This document shows, piece by piece, positions 9,871 to 20,954 of a stretch of DNA of 64,000 nucleotides. Numbering within the stretch: position 1 is the stretch's first letter; every line of letters starts with the position of its first letter. This DNA comes from Candidatus Nealsonbacteria bacterium. GTDB taxonomy: Bacteria > Patescibacteriota > Minisyncoccia > Minisyncoccales > RBG-13-42-11. Where the stretch lies: the NCBI GenBank assembly GCA_019923625.1, contig JAHXGN010000001.1, positions 8,939 through 72,938 of the forward strand, read 5' to 3'. Made by a program: the position numbers and the translations under genes. The notes under the pieces were generated by a model. It was given only the letters and a program-made list of their open reading frames with translations, was not told the DNA's origin and made no database searches.

Positions 9871-11301
9871 CTATTGCTGGAGGTCTAATGAGTCGAGGTT
9901 TACGTTTATTTTTGAATTCCAATCTATTTCTTCGTAACGATGGAGGAGTTCTTTAATATAATTCTTCAGGAAATTGTAGCAGTCTTTCGTTTTCGCTTCA
10001 AATTTGATTGTTAGATAGGGGCCGTTTTGGGAATAACGGATGACAAACATACCGTCTTTTAATTCAAGCCGCACTCCGTCCCCCGCCCGTTCATCATCAA
10101 TCACTCGGGCATCAGGAAAATCTTTTTTAAGTACCGGCCCAATTTTTGCCATCAAAACAACTTTTTTATCGTCGGCACAGAAAATTTTTATTTCCGGACT
10201 GGAAATGTATTTTGGCAAACCGGCAATTGCTTCTGATAATGTTTTTTTAGACCGAGAGAGATAGTTCAGAAGCGCCAATGTTGAATAACAGCCGTCATCG
10301 TGAGGATAAAATTTGTCTAAAAAATAAAAGTGGCCGGATAACTCTCCGGCAAAAGCCGCTTTTTCTTTTTGGGCTTTGGCTTTAATAAAAGAGTGGCCAG
10401 TCCGCCACATAAGAGGTTCACCCCTTTTAGCCAAAATTACGTCCTCAACCATTTTGGAACAAAGGGTATTGAAGACAATTTTGGCTCCCGGATTTCTATC
10501 CAGGACATCCATGGCAAAAAGAGCCACCAACACATCATTCCATAATATATTTCCTCTCCCGTCAACCACGCCAATCCGGTCACCGTCAGAATCGTAAGAA
10601 AAACCCAAGTCAGCTTTTTCTTCCAATATCTTTTCTGATAATCTTTCAGCCACTTTTTTTTCAGTCGGGTCAGGAGTGCCTATCGGGAAACTGCCGTCTA
10701 TTTGACAATGGCTGCGCACAACCTGACAACCGGCTTTTTCCAGAAGTTCGGGCGCAAAAGCGCCGGCCGTAGAATGGCTGGGGTCAATGACCACTTTAAA
10801 TTTAAAAGGCAGATGGAATCTTTTGATTAAATCTCTGAGATATGCTTCTTTGATGTCTTGTTTTTTTAGTTTGCCCTTTCCCTGAACGAACTGACCATTT
10901 TGGGCTATCTGGCGCAGTTCTTCAATTTCTTCTGTGACCATGGTGCTGGAAAAACCGGTGCCGAATTTGAAACCATTGTAATTTACCGGATTGTGAGAGC
11001 CGGAAACGGAAACGCATCCTGGCGCTTTAAAATAATATTGGGCCCAATAAATGTTGCCGACCAGCGCCAAGCCGATGTCAATAACGTCAATGCCGGAAAA
11101 AAGCAGTCCTTTTATTATTGCCTGACTGTAAGACGGACTGGTCAGCCGGCAATCATAACCGACCACTGCTTTTTTAATTCCTCTCTTTCTTAGAAAAGTG
11201 CCGTAAGCCCTTCCTAAATGTTCAACGATTTCTGGATTTAAATCTTTATCCGCTTCGCCCCGCACATCATAACCCCGAAATATAAAAGGGTTGATTTTCA
11301 T
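9871..11301 (-). CDS. Phosphoglucomutase/phosphomannomutase family protein
   Basis: Alpha-D-phosphohexomutase motifs, including the active-site Ser loop SGSHNP. Confidence 0.8.
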   Translation of the reverse strand: MKINPFIFRGYDVRGEADKDLNPEIVEHLGRAYGTFLRKRGIKKAVVGYDCRLTSPSYSQAIIKGLLFSGIDVIDIGLALVGNIYWAQYYFKAPGCVSVSGSHNPVNYNGFKFGTGFSSTMVTEEIEELRQIAQNGQFVQGKGKLKKQDIKEAYLRDLIKRFHLPFKFKVVIDPSHSTAGAFAPELLEKAGCQVVRSHCQIDGSFPIGTPDPTEKKVAERLSEKILEEKADLGFSYDSDGDRIGVVDGRGNILWNDVLVALFAMDVLDRNPGAKIVFNTLCSKMVEDVILAKRGEPLMWRTGHSFIKAKAQKEKAAFAGELSGHFYFLDKFYPHDDGCYSTLALLNYLSRSKKTLSEAIAGLPKYISSPEIKIFCADDKKVVLMAKIGPVLKKDFPDARVIDDERAGDGVRLELKDGMFVIRYSQNGPYLTIKFEAKTKDCYNFLKNYIKELLHRYEEIDWNSKINVNLDSLDLQQ

Positions 11302-11310
11302 ATTTAATTA

Positions 11311-12372
11311 TTGTATCATATTAATATGTCTTTTTCAGTAGGTATAGTTGGTTTGCCCAATGTTGGCAAATCAACCCTATTTAAAGCGCTAACCAAAAAC
11401 AAGGTTGATATTGCCTCTTACCCTTTTACCACCATTCATCCCAATGTAGGGGTGGTTCCTGTTCCTGATGAAAGATTGGAAAAAATAGCTGAAATTATCA
11501 AGCCGGAGAAAATTACTCCGACTATTATTGAATTTATTGATATTGCTGGTTTAGTTAGGGGCGCTCATAAAGGAGAAGGATTGGGTAACCAATTCCTATC
11601 TCAGATTAGAAATTGTGACGCTATTTTGGAAGTAGTCAGGGTTTTTGAAGCGCCAGGGGTTGAAAATGTTTTGGGTGAGATTAACCCTGAGGAAGAAATT
11701 GAAATTATCAAAACAGAATTATTAATGAAGGACTTAGAAACCTTAGAAGGATTACTTCAGAAAATAGAAAAAGAAGTAAAAAAGAATAAAAAATTCTTGA
11801 AAAAATTCGAATTTTTAAAAAAGATAAAAGGGAGTGTCTCTCGGGGAAAAATGATTGGCGATACAAATTTAGACGATAAAGAAAAATTAGAAATCAGAAA
11901 GTATCAGTTTTTAACGGCTAAACCGATTTTCTACCTGTTAAATCTTGACGAAAAAAGCGGTTATTCAAAAAATGGTGTTGAATCTTTAATTAAACATTTG
12001 GCGATGAACTTAAAAGAGGAAGAAGAAATCTCGGAACTTTCAGAAATTGAGAAAAAAGAATTGCAATTAGAGTCAAAACTTGACCAATTAATTCTAAATT
12101 GCTATAATCTTCTTGATTTAATCACTTTTTTCACTGTTGCCGGCTTAAAAGAAACTCGCGCCTGGACTTTAAAAAAGGGGTTGAAAGCAGTTGATGCCAG
12201 TAAACTGGTTCATACCGATTTTAAGGAAAAATTCATTAAAGCAGAAGTCCTTAATTGGCAAAAATTAATTGAAGCCGGTAATTGGCATAAAGCAAGAGAA
12301 ATGGGTTGGCTTAAAACCGTTGGCCGAGATTATATTGTTCAAGACGGCCAGATAATAGAATTTAAAATATAA
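11311..12372 (+). CDS. ychF: Ribosome-binding ATPase YchF
   Basis: GLPNVGKST Walker A plus a TGS-like C-terminus. The true start may be ATG 11326 (MSFSVGIVG). Confidence 0.8.
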   Translation: MYHINMSFSVGIVGLPNVGKSTLFKALTKNKVDIASYPFTTIHPNVGVVPVPDERLEKIAEIIKPEKITPTIIEFIDIAGLVRGAHKGEGLGNQFLSQIRNCDAILEVVRVFEAPGVENVLGEINPEEEIEIIKTELLMKDLETLEGLLQKIEKEVKKNKKFLKKFEFLKKIKGSVSRGKMIGDTNLDDKEKLEIRKYQFLTAKPIFYLLNLDEKSGYSKNGVESLIKHLAMNLKEEEEISELSEIEKKELQLESKLDQLILNCYNLLDLITFFTVAGLKETRAWTLKKGLKAVDASKLVHTDFKEKFIKAEVLNWQKLIEAGNWHKAREMGWLKTVGRDYIVQDGQIIEFKI

Positions 12373-12374
12373 TT

Positions 12375-12779
12375 ATGAAACATTACGAATTAGCTTATCT
12401 TATTTCAGCCAATCTTTCGCCAGAAGAAATAAGGGTTTTACAACAAAAAATAAGTTCTTTTATTCAGAAAAAGAGGGAGGGCTCAGAAGATTCAAATGAA
12501 ATTAAGGCTCCAATTAAAAAAATTTTGGCCTATCCCATTAAAAAAGAAAAAGAATGTTGGTTCGCGGTTTTAAATTTTAATTTAAATCCAGAAAAATTAA
12601 TTGATTTGGAAAAAAATCTAAAAAACGAAAAAGCAATTCTTCGTTATTTAATATTAGCCAAACCACCTTCTAAAGAAGTTAAATATATTAAATCGCCTCG
12701 TTTAATAAAATCTAAACCAAAAAAGGTTGAACTAAAAGAAATTGAAAAAAAATTAGAAGAGATTTTGGCTGAGACCTAA
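12375..12779 (+). CDS. rpsF: 30S ribosomal protein S6 (with Lys-rich C-terminal tail)
   Basis: MKHYELAYLISANLSPEE N-terminus, and conserved rpsF-ssb-rpsR gene order. Confidence 0.7.
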   Translation: MKHYELAYLISANLSPEEIRVLQQKISSFIQKKREGSEDSNEIKAPIKKILAYPIKKEKECWFAVLNFNLNPEKLIDLEKNLKNEKAILRYLILAKPPSKEVKYIKSPRLIKSKPKKVELKEIEKKLEEILAET

Positions 12780-12838
12780 ATCTCTTGGCTATTGCTCAAA
12801 AAGTCGAATAAAATTCAATAAAATAATTTGAAAAAACC

Positions 12839-13402
12839 GTGAATTTAAATAAAATTTTTCTTATCGGAAGACTAACTCGAGACCCCCAGATTAAATCTCT
12901 TCCTTCGGGCCAGCAAGTTTCTACTTTTGGCTTGGCTACCGATCGATTTTTTAATGATAAATCCGGTCAAAAACAACAGAAAGTTGAGTTTCATAACATT
13001 GTTTTGTTTGGCAGATTAGCCGAGATTGCCTCTCAATATTTAACCAAAGGTGGGTTGGTTTTTATTGAAGGAAGAATTCAAACCAGAAGCTGGCAGGATA
13101 GTTCCGGTAATCAAAGAACAAGAACTGAAGTTGTGGCTGAAAGAATTCAACTTGGACCAAGAACAGCTTTGAAACAAATGCCGGAAAAAGAAATAGTTGA
13201 TGAAGATAAATCTTCTTCTCCACCCCTGGCTACGGCTCAGGAGGTCGAAGAGGATAAATCCTCTTCTCCACCCTTGGCTAAGGCTCAGGTAGTCGATGAA
13301 GATAAATCTTCTTCTCCGCCCTTCGCTGCGGCTCAGGTAAAAGAGGAAGAAATTCCGATTATTGAAGAGGACGAAATTGACGTAAAAGATATCCCGTTCT
13401 AA
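12839..13402 (+). CDS. ssb: Single-stranded DNA-binding protein with three tandem 16-aa repeats in the C-terminal tail
   Basis: OB-fold core (LTRDP...FHNIVLFGRLAE) and a GTG start. Confidence 0.85.
   Translation: MNLNKIFLIGRLTRDPQIKSLPSGQQVSTFGLATDRFFNDKSGQKQQKVEFHNIVLFGRLAEIASQYLTKGGLVFIEGRIQTRSWQDSSGNQRTRTEVVAERIQLGPRTALKQMPEKEIVDEDKSSSPPLATAQEVEEDKSSSPPLAKAQVVDEDKSSSPPFAAAQVKEEEIPIIEEDEIDVKDIPF
13198..13341 (+). repeat. 3 x 48-nt in-frame tandem repeat (gatgaagataaatcttcttctccaccc...) encoding DEDKSSSPPLA.AQ.., a member of repeat family A
   Basis: Seen in the sequence. The same motif recurs in ftsK, rplV, the tpiA-map intergenic region and the FtsA-like gene. Confidence 0.85.
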
Positions 13403-13520
13403 AAATTTCTAATTTCTAATTTCTAATCAAATCCCAATGACTAATGACAAAATGACTAAAAAAATAATTAGGCATTGGGCATTGATTAGACATTAGGTCA
13501 ATTAGGTTAATTAGTCATTT
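13400..13520. repeat. Family-B AT-rich palindromic intergenic element (ttctaatttctaat...aatgactaatgac...gtcattag...)
   Basis: About 95% identical to the copy at 20838-20954, and related to 41103-41226 and 41683-41799. Confidence 0.85.
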
Positions 13521-13525
13521 TAGCT

Positions 13526-13723
13526 ATGTTTTGCTATTTTTGTCAAAAAAATATTCAAGAAATTGATTTCAAAGATGAAGAGCTTCTTTCCCGATTTCTT
13601 TCCGGTTCGGCTAAAATCAAGCCCAGAAAAAAAACCGGTATTTGCGCCGGTCATCAAAGAAAATTTTCTCAAGCAATAAAAAGAGCCAGATATTTAGGAT
13701 TGTTGCCCTATACTTTAAAATAA
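13526..13723 (+). CDS. rpsR: 30S ribosomal protein S18
   Basis: 65 aa containing YFCQ and the RARYLGLLPY motif. Confidence 0.85.
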   Translation: MFCYFCQKNIQEIDFKDEELLSRFLSGSAKIKPRKKTGICAGHQRKFSQAIKRARYLGLLPYTLK

Positions 13724-13735
13724 AATTTCGGGTTT

Positions 13736-14731
13736 TTAAATATTCTTGGTTATTGCTTCTCTTATCTTTTCAAGGGTTTCTGGATTTTCTCTCAAAAAAG
13801 TCCTACTGGCTTCCATTCCCTGACCAAGTTTTGTATTTTCATATTGCAACCAGGAACCGGATTTCTTAATAACTCCGTATTTTAAGCCGGTATTTATAAT
13901 ATCGCTATATTGGGAAATTCCCTCATTGTAATAAATATCAAATTCGGTGACTTTAAAAGGGGCGGCCACTTTATTTTTGACGATTTTGGCTTTGATTCGG
14001 CTGCCGATAATTTCATCTCCGTGCTTTATTTGACCTATTCTTCTTAATTCTATTCTGAGCGAAGAATAAAACTTTAAAGCCAAACCACCGGACGTAGTTT
14101 CCGGATTGCCGAACATCACTCCTATTTTCATTCGGGTCTGGTTCAAAAAAATAACCACTGTTTTTGTCTTGGAAATTATACCGGAAAGCTTTCTTAATGC
14201 TTGACTCATTAAGCGGGCTTGAAGCCCGATTTGAAACTCGCCAATCTCTCCTTCAATTTCCGTTTTTGGAGTTAAGGCGGCCACCGAATCAACAACAATA
14301 ACATCAATTTCTCCGGACTTGACCAATGTTTCCACAATTTGAAGAGCTTCTTCGCCCGAATCGGGTTGAGAAATTAAAAGGTCATCTATATTAACTCCGA
14401 TTTTCTTTGCCCAATCCGGGTCTAAGGCATGTTCGGCATCAACAAAAGCCACTGCTCCCCCTTTCTTTTGAGCTTCTGCTAAAATATGAAGGGCCAAGCT
14501 TGTCTTGCCGCTGCCTTCCTGACCATAAATTTCAATTACTCTCCCCCTCGGCACCCCGCCCACCCCTAAAGCCAAGTCCAAAGAAATTGAACCGGTGGGA
14601 ATGACATCAACATCAACCGCCCTTACTTCGTTCAATTTCATTATTGCTCCTTCGCCAAATCTTTGTTTTATCTCTTCAATTGTTTCTTGAAGGTCTCCTT
14701 TTTCAGTTTGAGATTTTTTTTGTTTTACCAT
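13736..14731 (-). CDS. recA: Recombinase RecA
   Basis: [12 protein letters not shown] Walker A and RecA L1/L2 regions. Confidence 0.9.
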   Translation of the reverse strand: MVKQKKSQTEKGDLQETIEEIKQRFGEGAIMKLNEVRAVDVDVIPTGSISLDLALGVGGVPRGRVIEIYGQEGSGKTSLALHILAEAQKKGGAVAFVDAEHALDPDWAKKIGVNIDDLLISQPDSGEEALQIVETLVKSGEIDVIVVDSVAALTPKTEIEGEIGEFQIGLQARLMSQALRKLSGIISKTKTVVIFLNQTRMKIGVMFGNPETTSGGLALKFYSSLRIELRRIGQIKHGDEIIGSRIKAKIVKNKVAAPFKVTEFDIYYNEGISQYSDIINTGLKYGVIKKSGSWLQYENTKLGQGMEASRTFLRENPETLEKIREAITKNI

Positions 14732-14910
14732 CTTTTTTAAAGATATAATTTTAAATGATAATTGTCAAAATGAAAACGTTGAATGATTACCTTTTTTAAG
14801 AAATTTATCACCGGTTTGACCCCCGCTAATCTTATAGATAGAGGACGGGCCTCTATCCAGCTCTTGGGAATAGAGAATTATTCAACACTCTCAAAATATT
14901 AAATTAGTCA

Positions 14911-17181
14911 TTAAACTTTTTGCCATCCATCTTCCCCTTCTTGATCCCCTTCTTGAGGGTCAATAGGGGGGAATGAAGATTTATCTTCATCTAACGACTC
15001 AAAATAAACCTCTCTTGGTTTGGCGCCGTCAGCCGGCCCAACAAGTCCTTTTTTTTCTAAAATATCAAGGAGTCGAGCCGCCCGGGCATAACCAATTCTT
15101 AATCTTCTTTGCAATAAAGAAGCAGAGGCCTTTCTAGCTTCAATTATTATTTTTTTTGCTTCCTCATAAAGAGGGTCATTTTCCCAAAAGTCATCCTTTT
15201 CATTTCCTGAAAATTGTAAGTCCCGACCCAAATCCTTAGTCAATTCATTTTCTAAAATTTTTTCCTCAAATTTAAATTCATCTCCCCTGCTTTTTAATTT
15301 TAACCAATTAACCACTTTTTTTACCTCTTTTTCCGAAACATAAGAGGCCTGTATTCTTTTGGGTTTGGCGGTTTCAGCCGAAGCATAAAGTAAATCACCG
15401 GCTCCTAAAAGTTTTTCCGCTCCGGCCATATCCAAAACCGTCCGGGAATCAACCTGAGAAGCAACTTGAAAAGTAATTCTGGAAGTAATATTGGCTTTAA
15501 TCAAACCGGTGATGACTTCCACCGAAGGTCTTTGGGTGGCAACCACTAAATGAATGCCAACTGCTCTGGACATCTGGGCCAGCCGGATAATACCGGCTTC
15601 TACTTCCCTGCCTTTGGCCGCCATCAAATCCGCTAATTCGTCAACAATTACGACAATATAAGGAAGAACCGGAATTTCTTCTTTAAAAGCTATTTCATTG
15701 TAACCCCTGATATTTTTGGTTTTAGATTGAGACAAAATTTCAAACCTTCTTTCCATTTCGGAAACCAGCCAGGAAAAAGCATTTACTGTTTTTTGGGCAT
15801 TGTAAATTACCGGAGATAAAAGATGGGGAATATCGTTGTAGACCGGAAACTCCACTCTTTTTGGGTCAATTAAAATAAATCTTAAAATTTCCGGCTGTCC
15901 CCCAAAATGATTGAAATTGGTTGGCGGCCGAAAAAGCAAACTTAAAATCAAAGAGTTTAGAAAAATTGTTTTGCCCGTGCCCGTACTGCCTGCCACCAGA
16001 AGATGGGGCATTTTGGCCAAATCGGCATAAACTGGATTTCCGGAAACATCTCGACCCAAAACAATCATTAAATTAGATAGTCCTTCCTGAAAAATCCTGT
16101 TTTCAATTAAATTTCTCAATTTGACTTGGGCCCTTTGTTTATTGGGTATTTCAATCCCGACTACCGATCTTCCGGGAATAGGAGCTTCAATTCTAATTGG
16201 ATGACTGGCTAAAGCCAAAGCCAAATCATTGGAGAGGGTGGTTATTTTTGAAAGTTTTATTCCTTCGGCCGGTTTTAAAGTATATTGAGTAACGGTCGGA
16301 CCGATATTAACTTCTGACATTTCAACCGGAATATCAAAATTTTGTAATGTTTTTTTAATAATGGCTGAATTTAATCCGATATCGCCGCTATTAGGAATTT
16401 CGGTTTCAGGCTCTAATAAATCTAAGGAAGGAGCCTGATATTCGGAGGTCTTTAATTGGATTAATGGTTTTGTTTTCAGCTCAACCGGTTTTAATTCAAC
16501 TCCAGTCCTTACCTCCTCTCTGGGTTGGGCTAGCGGTAGAATTTCTTTTATTTTAAACTTCGGTTCTGGCTGCTTGATTATTTTTTTGACTAATTTATTA
16601 ATCAAACTTTGCTTTTTTTCAATCTTTCCTTTTTCCAACTTATCTTTTTCCAACAAGGGCGGAAAAAATAAATACCAAAAAATCAAAACAGCTATAAAGA
16701 AAAAACCGGTTAAAACCAATTGGGTTACCCAAAAACCGAAAATTTTAAGAAAAGGACGGCTAAAATAACCGATATATCCGCCGATCCGATATCCTGGTCT
16801 TAAACATTCCAAAGTTCCTGAAATAGAAAAAATAAAAAAAAGAATGGCTAAAAGAAACAGCCCCCAAAATTTTTTTTCTTTACTATAAAAAAACAACAAT
16901 CCGCCTATGGCTAAAAACAAGGGAAAAATGAAAATCGTTCCTCCAATCAAAAAATAAATATTTTTAACTAAAAACTCTCCACCCGGACCAGCCAAATTGA
17001 AAAAAGAAAGGATTAAAATTAGAGCCAGCAAAAACATCAAAATCACTACCATCCATTTTTTAATGTTTTGGGGTAAAATAAAAAGAGAAAATCTTTTTTC
17101 TTTTGAATTTTTGAGAAGTATTTTTTTTGGCTTTTTATTTTTATTGGGCATTATTGAACATTTGATTTTATAATACCACAT
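14911..17181 (-). CDS. ftsK: DNA translocase FtsK/SpoIIIE (N-terminal transmembrane segments, motor domain, gamma domain). The C-terminal tail carries a family-A repeat fragment
   Basis: GSTGTGKT Walker A and gamma-domain winged helix. The tail DEDKSSFPP is encoded by gatgaagataaatcttcat. Confidence 0.85.
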   Translation of the reverse strand: MWYYKIKCSIMPNKNKKPKKILLKNSKEKRFSLFILPQNIKKWMVVILMFLLALILILSFFNLAGPGGEFLVKNIYFLIGGTIFIFPLFLAIGGLLFFYSKEKKFWGLFLLAILFFIFSISGTLECLRPGYRIGGYIGYFSRPFLKIFGFWVTQLVLTGFFFIAVLIFWYLFFPPLLEKDKLEKGKIEKKQSLINKLVKKIIKQPEPKFKIKEILPLAQPREEVRTGVELKPVELKTKPLIQLKTSEYQAPSLDLLEPETEIPNSGDIGLNSAIIKKTLQNFDIPVEMSEVNIGPTVTQYTLKPAEGIKLSKITTLSNDLALALASHPIRIEAPIPGRSVVGIEIPNKQRAQVKLRNLIENRIFQEGLSNLMIVLGRDVSGNPVYADLAKMPHLLVAGSTGTGKTIFLNSLILSLLFRPPTNFNHFGGQPEILRFILIDPKRVEFPVYNDIPHLLSPVIYNAQKTVNAFSWLVSEMERRFEILSQSKTKNIRGYNEIAFKEEIPVLPYIVVIVDELADLMAAKGREVEAGIIRLAQMSRAVGIHLVVATQRPSVEVITGLIKANITSRITFQVASQVDSRTVLDMAGAEKLLGAGDLLYASAETAKPKRIQASYVSEKEVKKVVNWLKLKSRGDEFKFEEKILENELTKDLGRDLQFSGNEKDDFWENDPLYEEAKKIIIEARKASASLLQRRLRIGYARAARLLDILEKKGLVGPADGAKPREVYFESLDEDKSSFPPIDPQEGDQEGEDGWQKV

Positions 17182-17214
17182 TTTAAAGGGTAAAGTTCGA
17201 TTTCCCGGACCGAT

Positions 17215-17400
17215 TTCAGAAGTGAGGCAATAAGTTTCAAGGCAGCTTTCGCAGGCTTGTTGGCATGGTTCCCGAACAAAGTGAGGGACAACAAGCCGAG
17301 AACGCAGGCTGTAAAATCTCGCTGGGATTTTAACAGCCGGTGACTTGAAACTTGATTGCTGAGCTTCTGATGCTTTAAGCTAAATTACGAACAAATAGGT
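17215..17400. ncRNA. Family-C structured intergenic element, copy E3, between ftsK and rpoC
   Basis: Shares the GTGAGGCAATAAGTTTCA 5' end, a GCATGG core, CGAGAA...TCTCGCTGGGATTT, and nested stems showing compensatory changes relative to the 29040-29210 and 45222-45370 copies. Confidence 0.5.
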
Positions 17401-17427
17401 CCGTTTTTCAGACTTTACCCTTTTAAA

Positions 17428-19242
17428 TTATTTTCTAAAGCCGGTTCCGGCCGGGATAAGACGACCAATGATGACATTTTCTTTCATTCCTAAGAGTTTA
17501 TCTTCTTTTCCCTCTAAAGCCGCTTTGATTAAGACCCGCGATGTCTCTTGAAAAGAAGCAGCTGATAAAAAACTATCAGTAGTTAAAGCCACCTGGGTAA
17601 TTCCCAATAAAAGGGGAATGCCAACAGCTATTTTTTTGTTTTCTTTTTTAAGGACATTGTTTATTTCCTTGAATTTGCTTTTTTCTAAAATTTCACCGGA
17701 GATGAAATTACTATCGCCCGGATTTTTAATCTTGATTCGGGAAAACATTTGTCTGGCTATTATTTCCAAGTGTTTATCGTGAATAGCGACGCCCTGAGAA
17801 ACGTAAATTTTTTGAATTTCTTTTATAATATAATTCTGAGTTTTTTCTTTATTGGTCAGTTTAAATAATTCTTTTAAGTCCAAACTGCCTTCGCAAAGTT
17901 GTTGACCCTTTTCAATATTTTCACCTTGTTTCACCCAGATAGAGAAATTAATTGGAGTTTTGTATTCAATAATTTCCGACTTTAGAGTTTTATTTTTTAT
18001 TTTTATTATTCCCTCTTGAAGAACTTCCAAAACTTTTCCGTCCTCTTTGGATATCTCCGCTTTTCCTTTCGGGATTCTTAGTTCAAAAATTTCCTGAACC
18101 CGAGGCAAACCGGAAGTAATATCCACCCCTCCGGCCACTCCGCCGATATGAAAGGTTTTCATTGTTAATTGGGTTCCCGGCTCCCCGATCGATTGAGCGG
18201 CTAAAACTCCGACGGCTGTTCCCAATTTAACCATTTGATTTGAACCCAAATCCCAGCCATAACATTTTCGGCAAATACCCCTGATTGTTTTACAAGTTAA
18301 AGGAGAACGAACCCTTACTTTTTCCGTTCCTTTTTTAATAATTTCCTCGCCTTTCTCTAAATCAATAATTTCTCCCTTTTTTATAATTCCCCTTATCTCG
18401 TCTAAAATTACCCGACCAATGATTTTTTGAAGAAAATTTTGGCCGATTTCCTCTGCCTCTTTTTTAAAAATCTCAATTCCTTGTTTGTCTCCGCAACTCT
18501 CTTCGCTTACCATTACTTCATGACTAACATCAACCAATCGTCTGGTTAAATAACCGGCTGTTGAGGTCTTTAGGGCCGTATCGGCCACTCCCTTTCTGGC
18601 GCCATGAGTGGAAATAAAATATTCCAAAACACTCAAACCCTCTTTGTAAGAATTTTTAACCGGCAACTCAATGGTTTGACTCATTGGATTAATCACCAAT
18701 CCTTTCATTCCGGTCATTTGAGTTAATTGGGTCAGGGAACCCCTGGCCCCGGCTTCAATAATAGATAAAACAGAACTGTCCCCTGACAGGGTTTGAGGGA
18801 CTAATTTTTCAATTTCTGATTTTGTTCTTTGCCAAACTTCAATCGTCCTGTCTTTCTTTTCTTCCTTGGTCAAAAAACCATCCTTAAAATATGATTCAAT
18901 TTTTTCAATTTCTTTTTCGGCTTCTTCAATGATTTTTGGTTTTTGGGTCGGAATAATTAAATCGTCCATGCCAAAAGAAACTCCTGAAAGCGTTGAATAT
19001 TCAAACCCCAAATCTTTAATTTTATCTAAGGTTTTTTCAACTTTTTCCAAGGGATAATCTTTAATAATTCCCGAAACTATTCTTTCCAAATCTTTGGTTT
19101 TTATGGTCGTATTTTGGAAAGGAAAACCCTCGGGCAGAATCTGATTAAAAATAATCCGGCCGACGCTTGTCTCAAGAAAGTTAGTAGTCATTCTGATTTT
19201 AATTTTGGCTCTTAAATCAATTTGACCATGTTCATAAGCCAA
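17428..19242 (-). CDS. rpoC: RNA polymerase beta' subunit, C-terminal part (downstream frame of an interrupted rpoC)
   Basis: Beta' conserved regions (NADFDGDQM is in the upstream part; here [13 protein letters not shown] and others). The ORF-track start codon is TTG and the segment continues in frame from upstream. Confidence 0.8.
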   Translation of the reverse strand: MAYEHGQIDLRAKIKIRMTTNFLETSVGRIIFNQILPEGFPFQNTTIKTKDLERIVSGIIKDYPLEKVEKTLDKIKDLGFEYSTLSGVSFGMDDLIIPTQKPKIIEEAEKEIEKIESYFKDGFLTKEEKKDRTIEVWQRTKSEIEKLVPQTLSGDSSVLSIIEAGARGSLTQLTQMTGMKGLVINPMSQTIELPVKNSYKEGLSVLEYFISTHGARKGVADTALKTSTAGYLTRRLVDVSHEVMVSEESCGDKQGIEIFKKEAEEIGQNFLQKIIGRVILDEIRGIIKKGEIIDLEKGEEIIKKGTEKVRVRSPLTCKTIRGICRKCYGWDLGSNQMVKLGTAVGVLAAQSIGEPGTQLTMKTFHIGGVAGGVDITSGLPRVQEIFELRIPKGKAEISKEDGKVLEVLQEGIIKIKNKTLKSEIIEYKTPINFSIWVKQGENIEKGQQLCEGSLDLKELFKLTNKEKTQNYIIKEIQKIYVSQGVAIHDKHLEIIARQMFSRIKIKNPGDSNFISGEILEKSKFKEINNVLKKENKKIAVGIPLLLGITQVALTTDSFLSAASFQETSRVLIKAALEGKEDKLLGMKENVIIGRLIPAGTGFRK

Positions 19243-20834
19243 TAGGGCTTCTTCGAAATTTCCAAAAAATTTTTCGGAGGGCGAAGAGACTTCGGACCGG
19301 TCGCCGGTTTCAGTAAATTCAAACTTGATGACATAATTTTTCTGGATTCTTCTTGGGCTTCTTCGGAAAGAGGAAGGTAAACCGCCATCTGATCACCGTC
19401 AAAATCGGCATTATAAGCCTTACAAAACAAAGGATGAAGTTTTATTGCTTGGCCTTCAATTAAACGCGGTTCAAAGGACTGAATCCCCAATCGATGAAGG
19501 GTGGGAGCCCTATTTAATAAAACAAGTTTGTCTTTTACCACCTCTTCCAACGATTGCCAAACCACCTCTTGTTCTTCTTCAATTAACTTGGTAGCCGCCC
19601 TAACATTAAAAGCCAGTTCTTTTTCCAGAAGTTTTCTGATAATAAAGGGTTTAAATAACTCTAAAGCCATTTTTTTAGGAATGCCGCATTCATGAAGTTT
19701 TAACTCCGGACCGACAACAATAACGCTTCGACCGGAATAATCAACCCTTTTTCCCAAAAGATTTTGTCTGAATCTGCCCTGTTTTCCTTTAAGCATATCG
19801 GCTAAAGATTTTAAAGGCCGTTTTCCGCCGGTTGTCGCCTGAGTAGTCACTCTTTTTCTCATCGGATTGTCAATTAAAGAATCAACTGCTTCTTGAAGCA
19901 TTCTTTTTTCATTTCGAACTATTACTTCGGGAGCCCCTATTTCTAAAAGATATTTTAAGCGATTGTTTCGATTAATAACCCTTCGGTAAAGGTCGTTCAG
20001 GTCAGAAGAAGCATATCGACCGCCGTCTAACTGAACCATCGGTCTTAAATCCGGAGGTAAAACCGGCAAAACAGTTAAAAACATCCATTCCGGACTAATT
20101 CCTTTTTCCTCCATTCCTTTAAAAAATCTTAATCTTATTAAAATTTTTCTTTTTGTTTCCGGTGTTTTTGTTTCTTCCAGAACTTTTTTTAATTTTTCAA
20201 TTTCTTTTTTAAGATTAATATTTTCAAAAATTTTCCTTAGGGTCTCCGAGCCAGTACCGGCTTCAAAAACTTCGCCGTATTTTAAAGATAAGTCTTGATA
20301 CTCCATCTCAGATAAAACCTTCAGGGGTTTAATTGACAACACCTCCTCGAACGCCCTATCCCTCGCCGACTTTAATTCTCCCAGCTTTGGTTTTTTAAGT
20401 TTTAAGTTTTTAGTTTTAGTTTTGCGCTTTGAGCTTTGCTCTTTGAGCTTTAATTTGTATTCTTTCTCAATTTTTTCCAAAATTTTCTTTTTCGCCTCCC
20501 CAGAGACCCTGGTAATAATGTAAGCCGTAAAATAAATTACTCTGGCTAATTTGATATGACCCATTCTTTCCCGCCTAACTTGAGATTTCGTTACTTCCAC
20601 CCCGCAACGGTCACAAACCACTCCTTTATAGCGGATTCTTTTGTATTTACCGCAATAACACTCGTAATCCTTTTCCGGTCCAAAAATTTTTTCACAAAAA
20701 AGACCGTCTTTCTCGGATTTCTGGGTTCTATAATTTATTGTTTCTGATTTTGTCACCTCACCGCGGCTCCAGCTTAAAATATCTTCTGGTGAAGCTAATT
20801 TTATTCTTATGGTTTTTAAATCTTCTACTCTCAT
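19212..20834 (-). CDS. rpoC: RNA polymerase beta' subunit, N-terminal part (upstream frame). Ends 31 nt inside the downstream part after a -1 frame break
   Basis: Zn-finger CxxC...Cxx[12 protein letters not shown] and [11 protein letters not shown] motifs. Frames join at ccgAAAAATTTTTTgg, around 19228-19243. Confidence 0.8.
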   Translation of the reverse strand: MRVEDLKTIRIKLASPEDILSWSRGEVTKSETINYRTQKSEKDGLFCEKIFGPEKDYECYCGKYKRIRYKGVVCDRCGVEVTKSQVRRERMGHIKLARVIYFTAYIITRVSGEAKKKILEKIEKEYKLKLKEQSSKRKTKTKNLKLKKPKLGELKSARDRAFEEVLSIKPLKVLSEMEYQDLSLKYGEVFEAGTGSETLRKIFENINLKKEIEKLKKVLEETKTPETKRKILIRLRFFKGMEEKGISPEWMFLTVLPVLPPDLRPMVQLDGGRYASSDLNDLYRRVINRNNRLKYLLEIGAPEVIVRNEKRMLQEAVDSLIDNPMRKRVTTQATTGGKRPLKSLADMLKGKQGRFRQNLLGKRVDYSGRSVIVVGPELKLHECGIPKKMALELFKPFIIRKLLEKELAFNVRAATKLIEEEQEVVWQSLEEVVKDKLVLLNRAPTLHRLGIQSFEPRLIEGQAIKLHPLFCKAYNADFDGDQMAVYLPLSEEAQEESRKIMSSSLNLLKPATGPKSLRPPKNFLEISKKPYWLMNMVKLI

Positions 20835-20837
20835 AAA

Positions 20838-20954
20838 TGAAAATTTCTAATTTCTAATTTCTAATCAAATCCTAATGACTAATGACAAAATGACTAAAAA
20901 AATAATTAGGCATTGGACATTGATTAGACATTAGGTCAATTAGGAATTAGACAT
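20838..20954. repeat. Family-B palindromic intergenic element between rpoC and rpoB
   Basis: Near-identical to 13400-13520. Confidence 0.85.

Noticed and set aside
17182-17427. Possible tRNA or small ORF in the ftsK-rpoC spacer
   Set aside because: No cloverleaf could be built. The sequence is explained by family-C element E3.
20395-20460. Low-complexity (ttttaag / tttgagc)n stretch inside rpoC
   Set aside because: It encodes a Lys-rich linker ([20 protein letters not shown]) in a variable beta' region. It is in frame and unrelated to the other repeat families.
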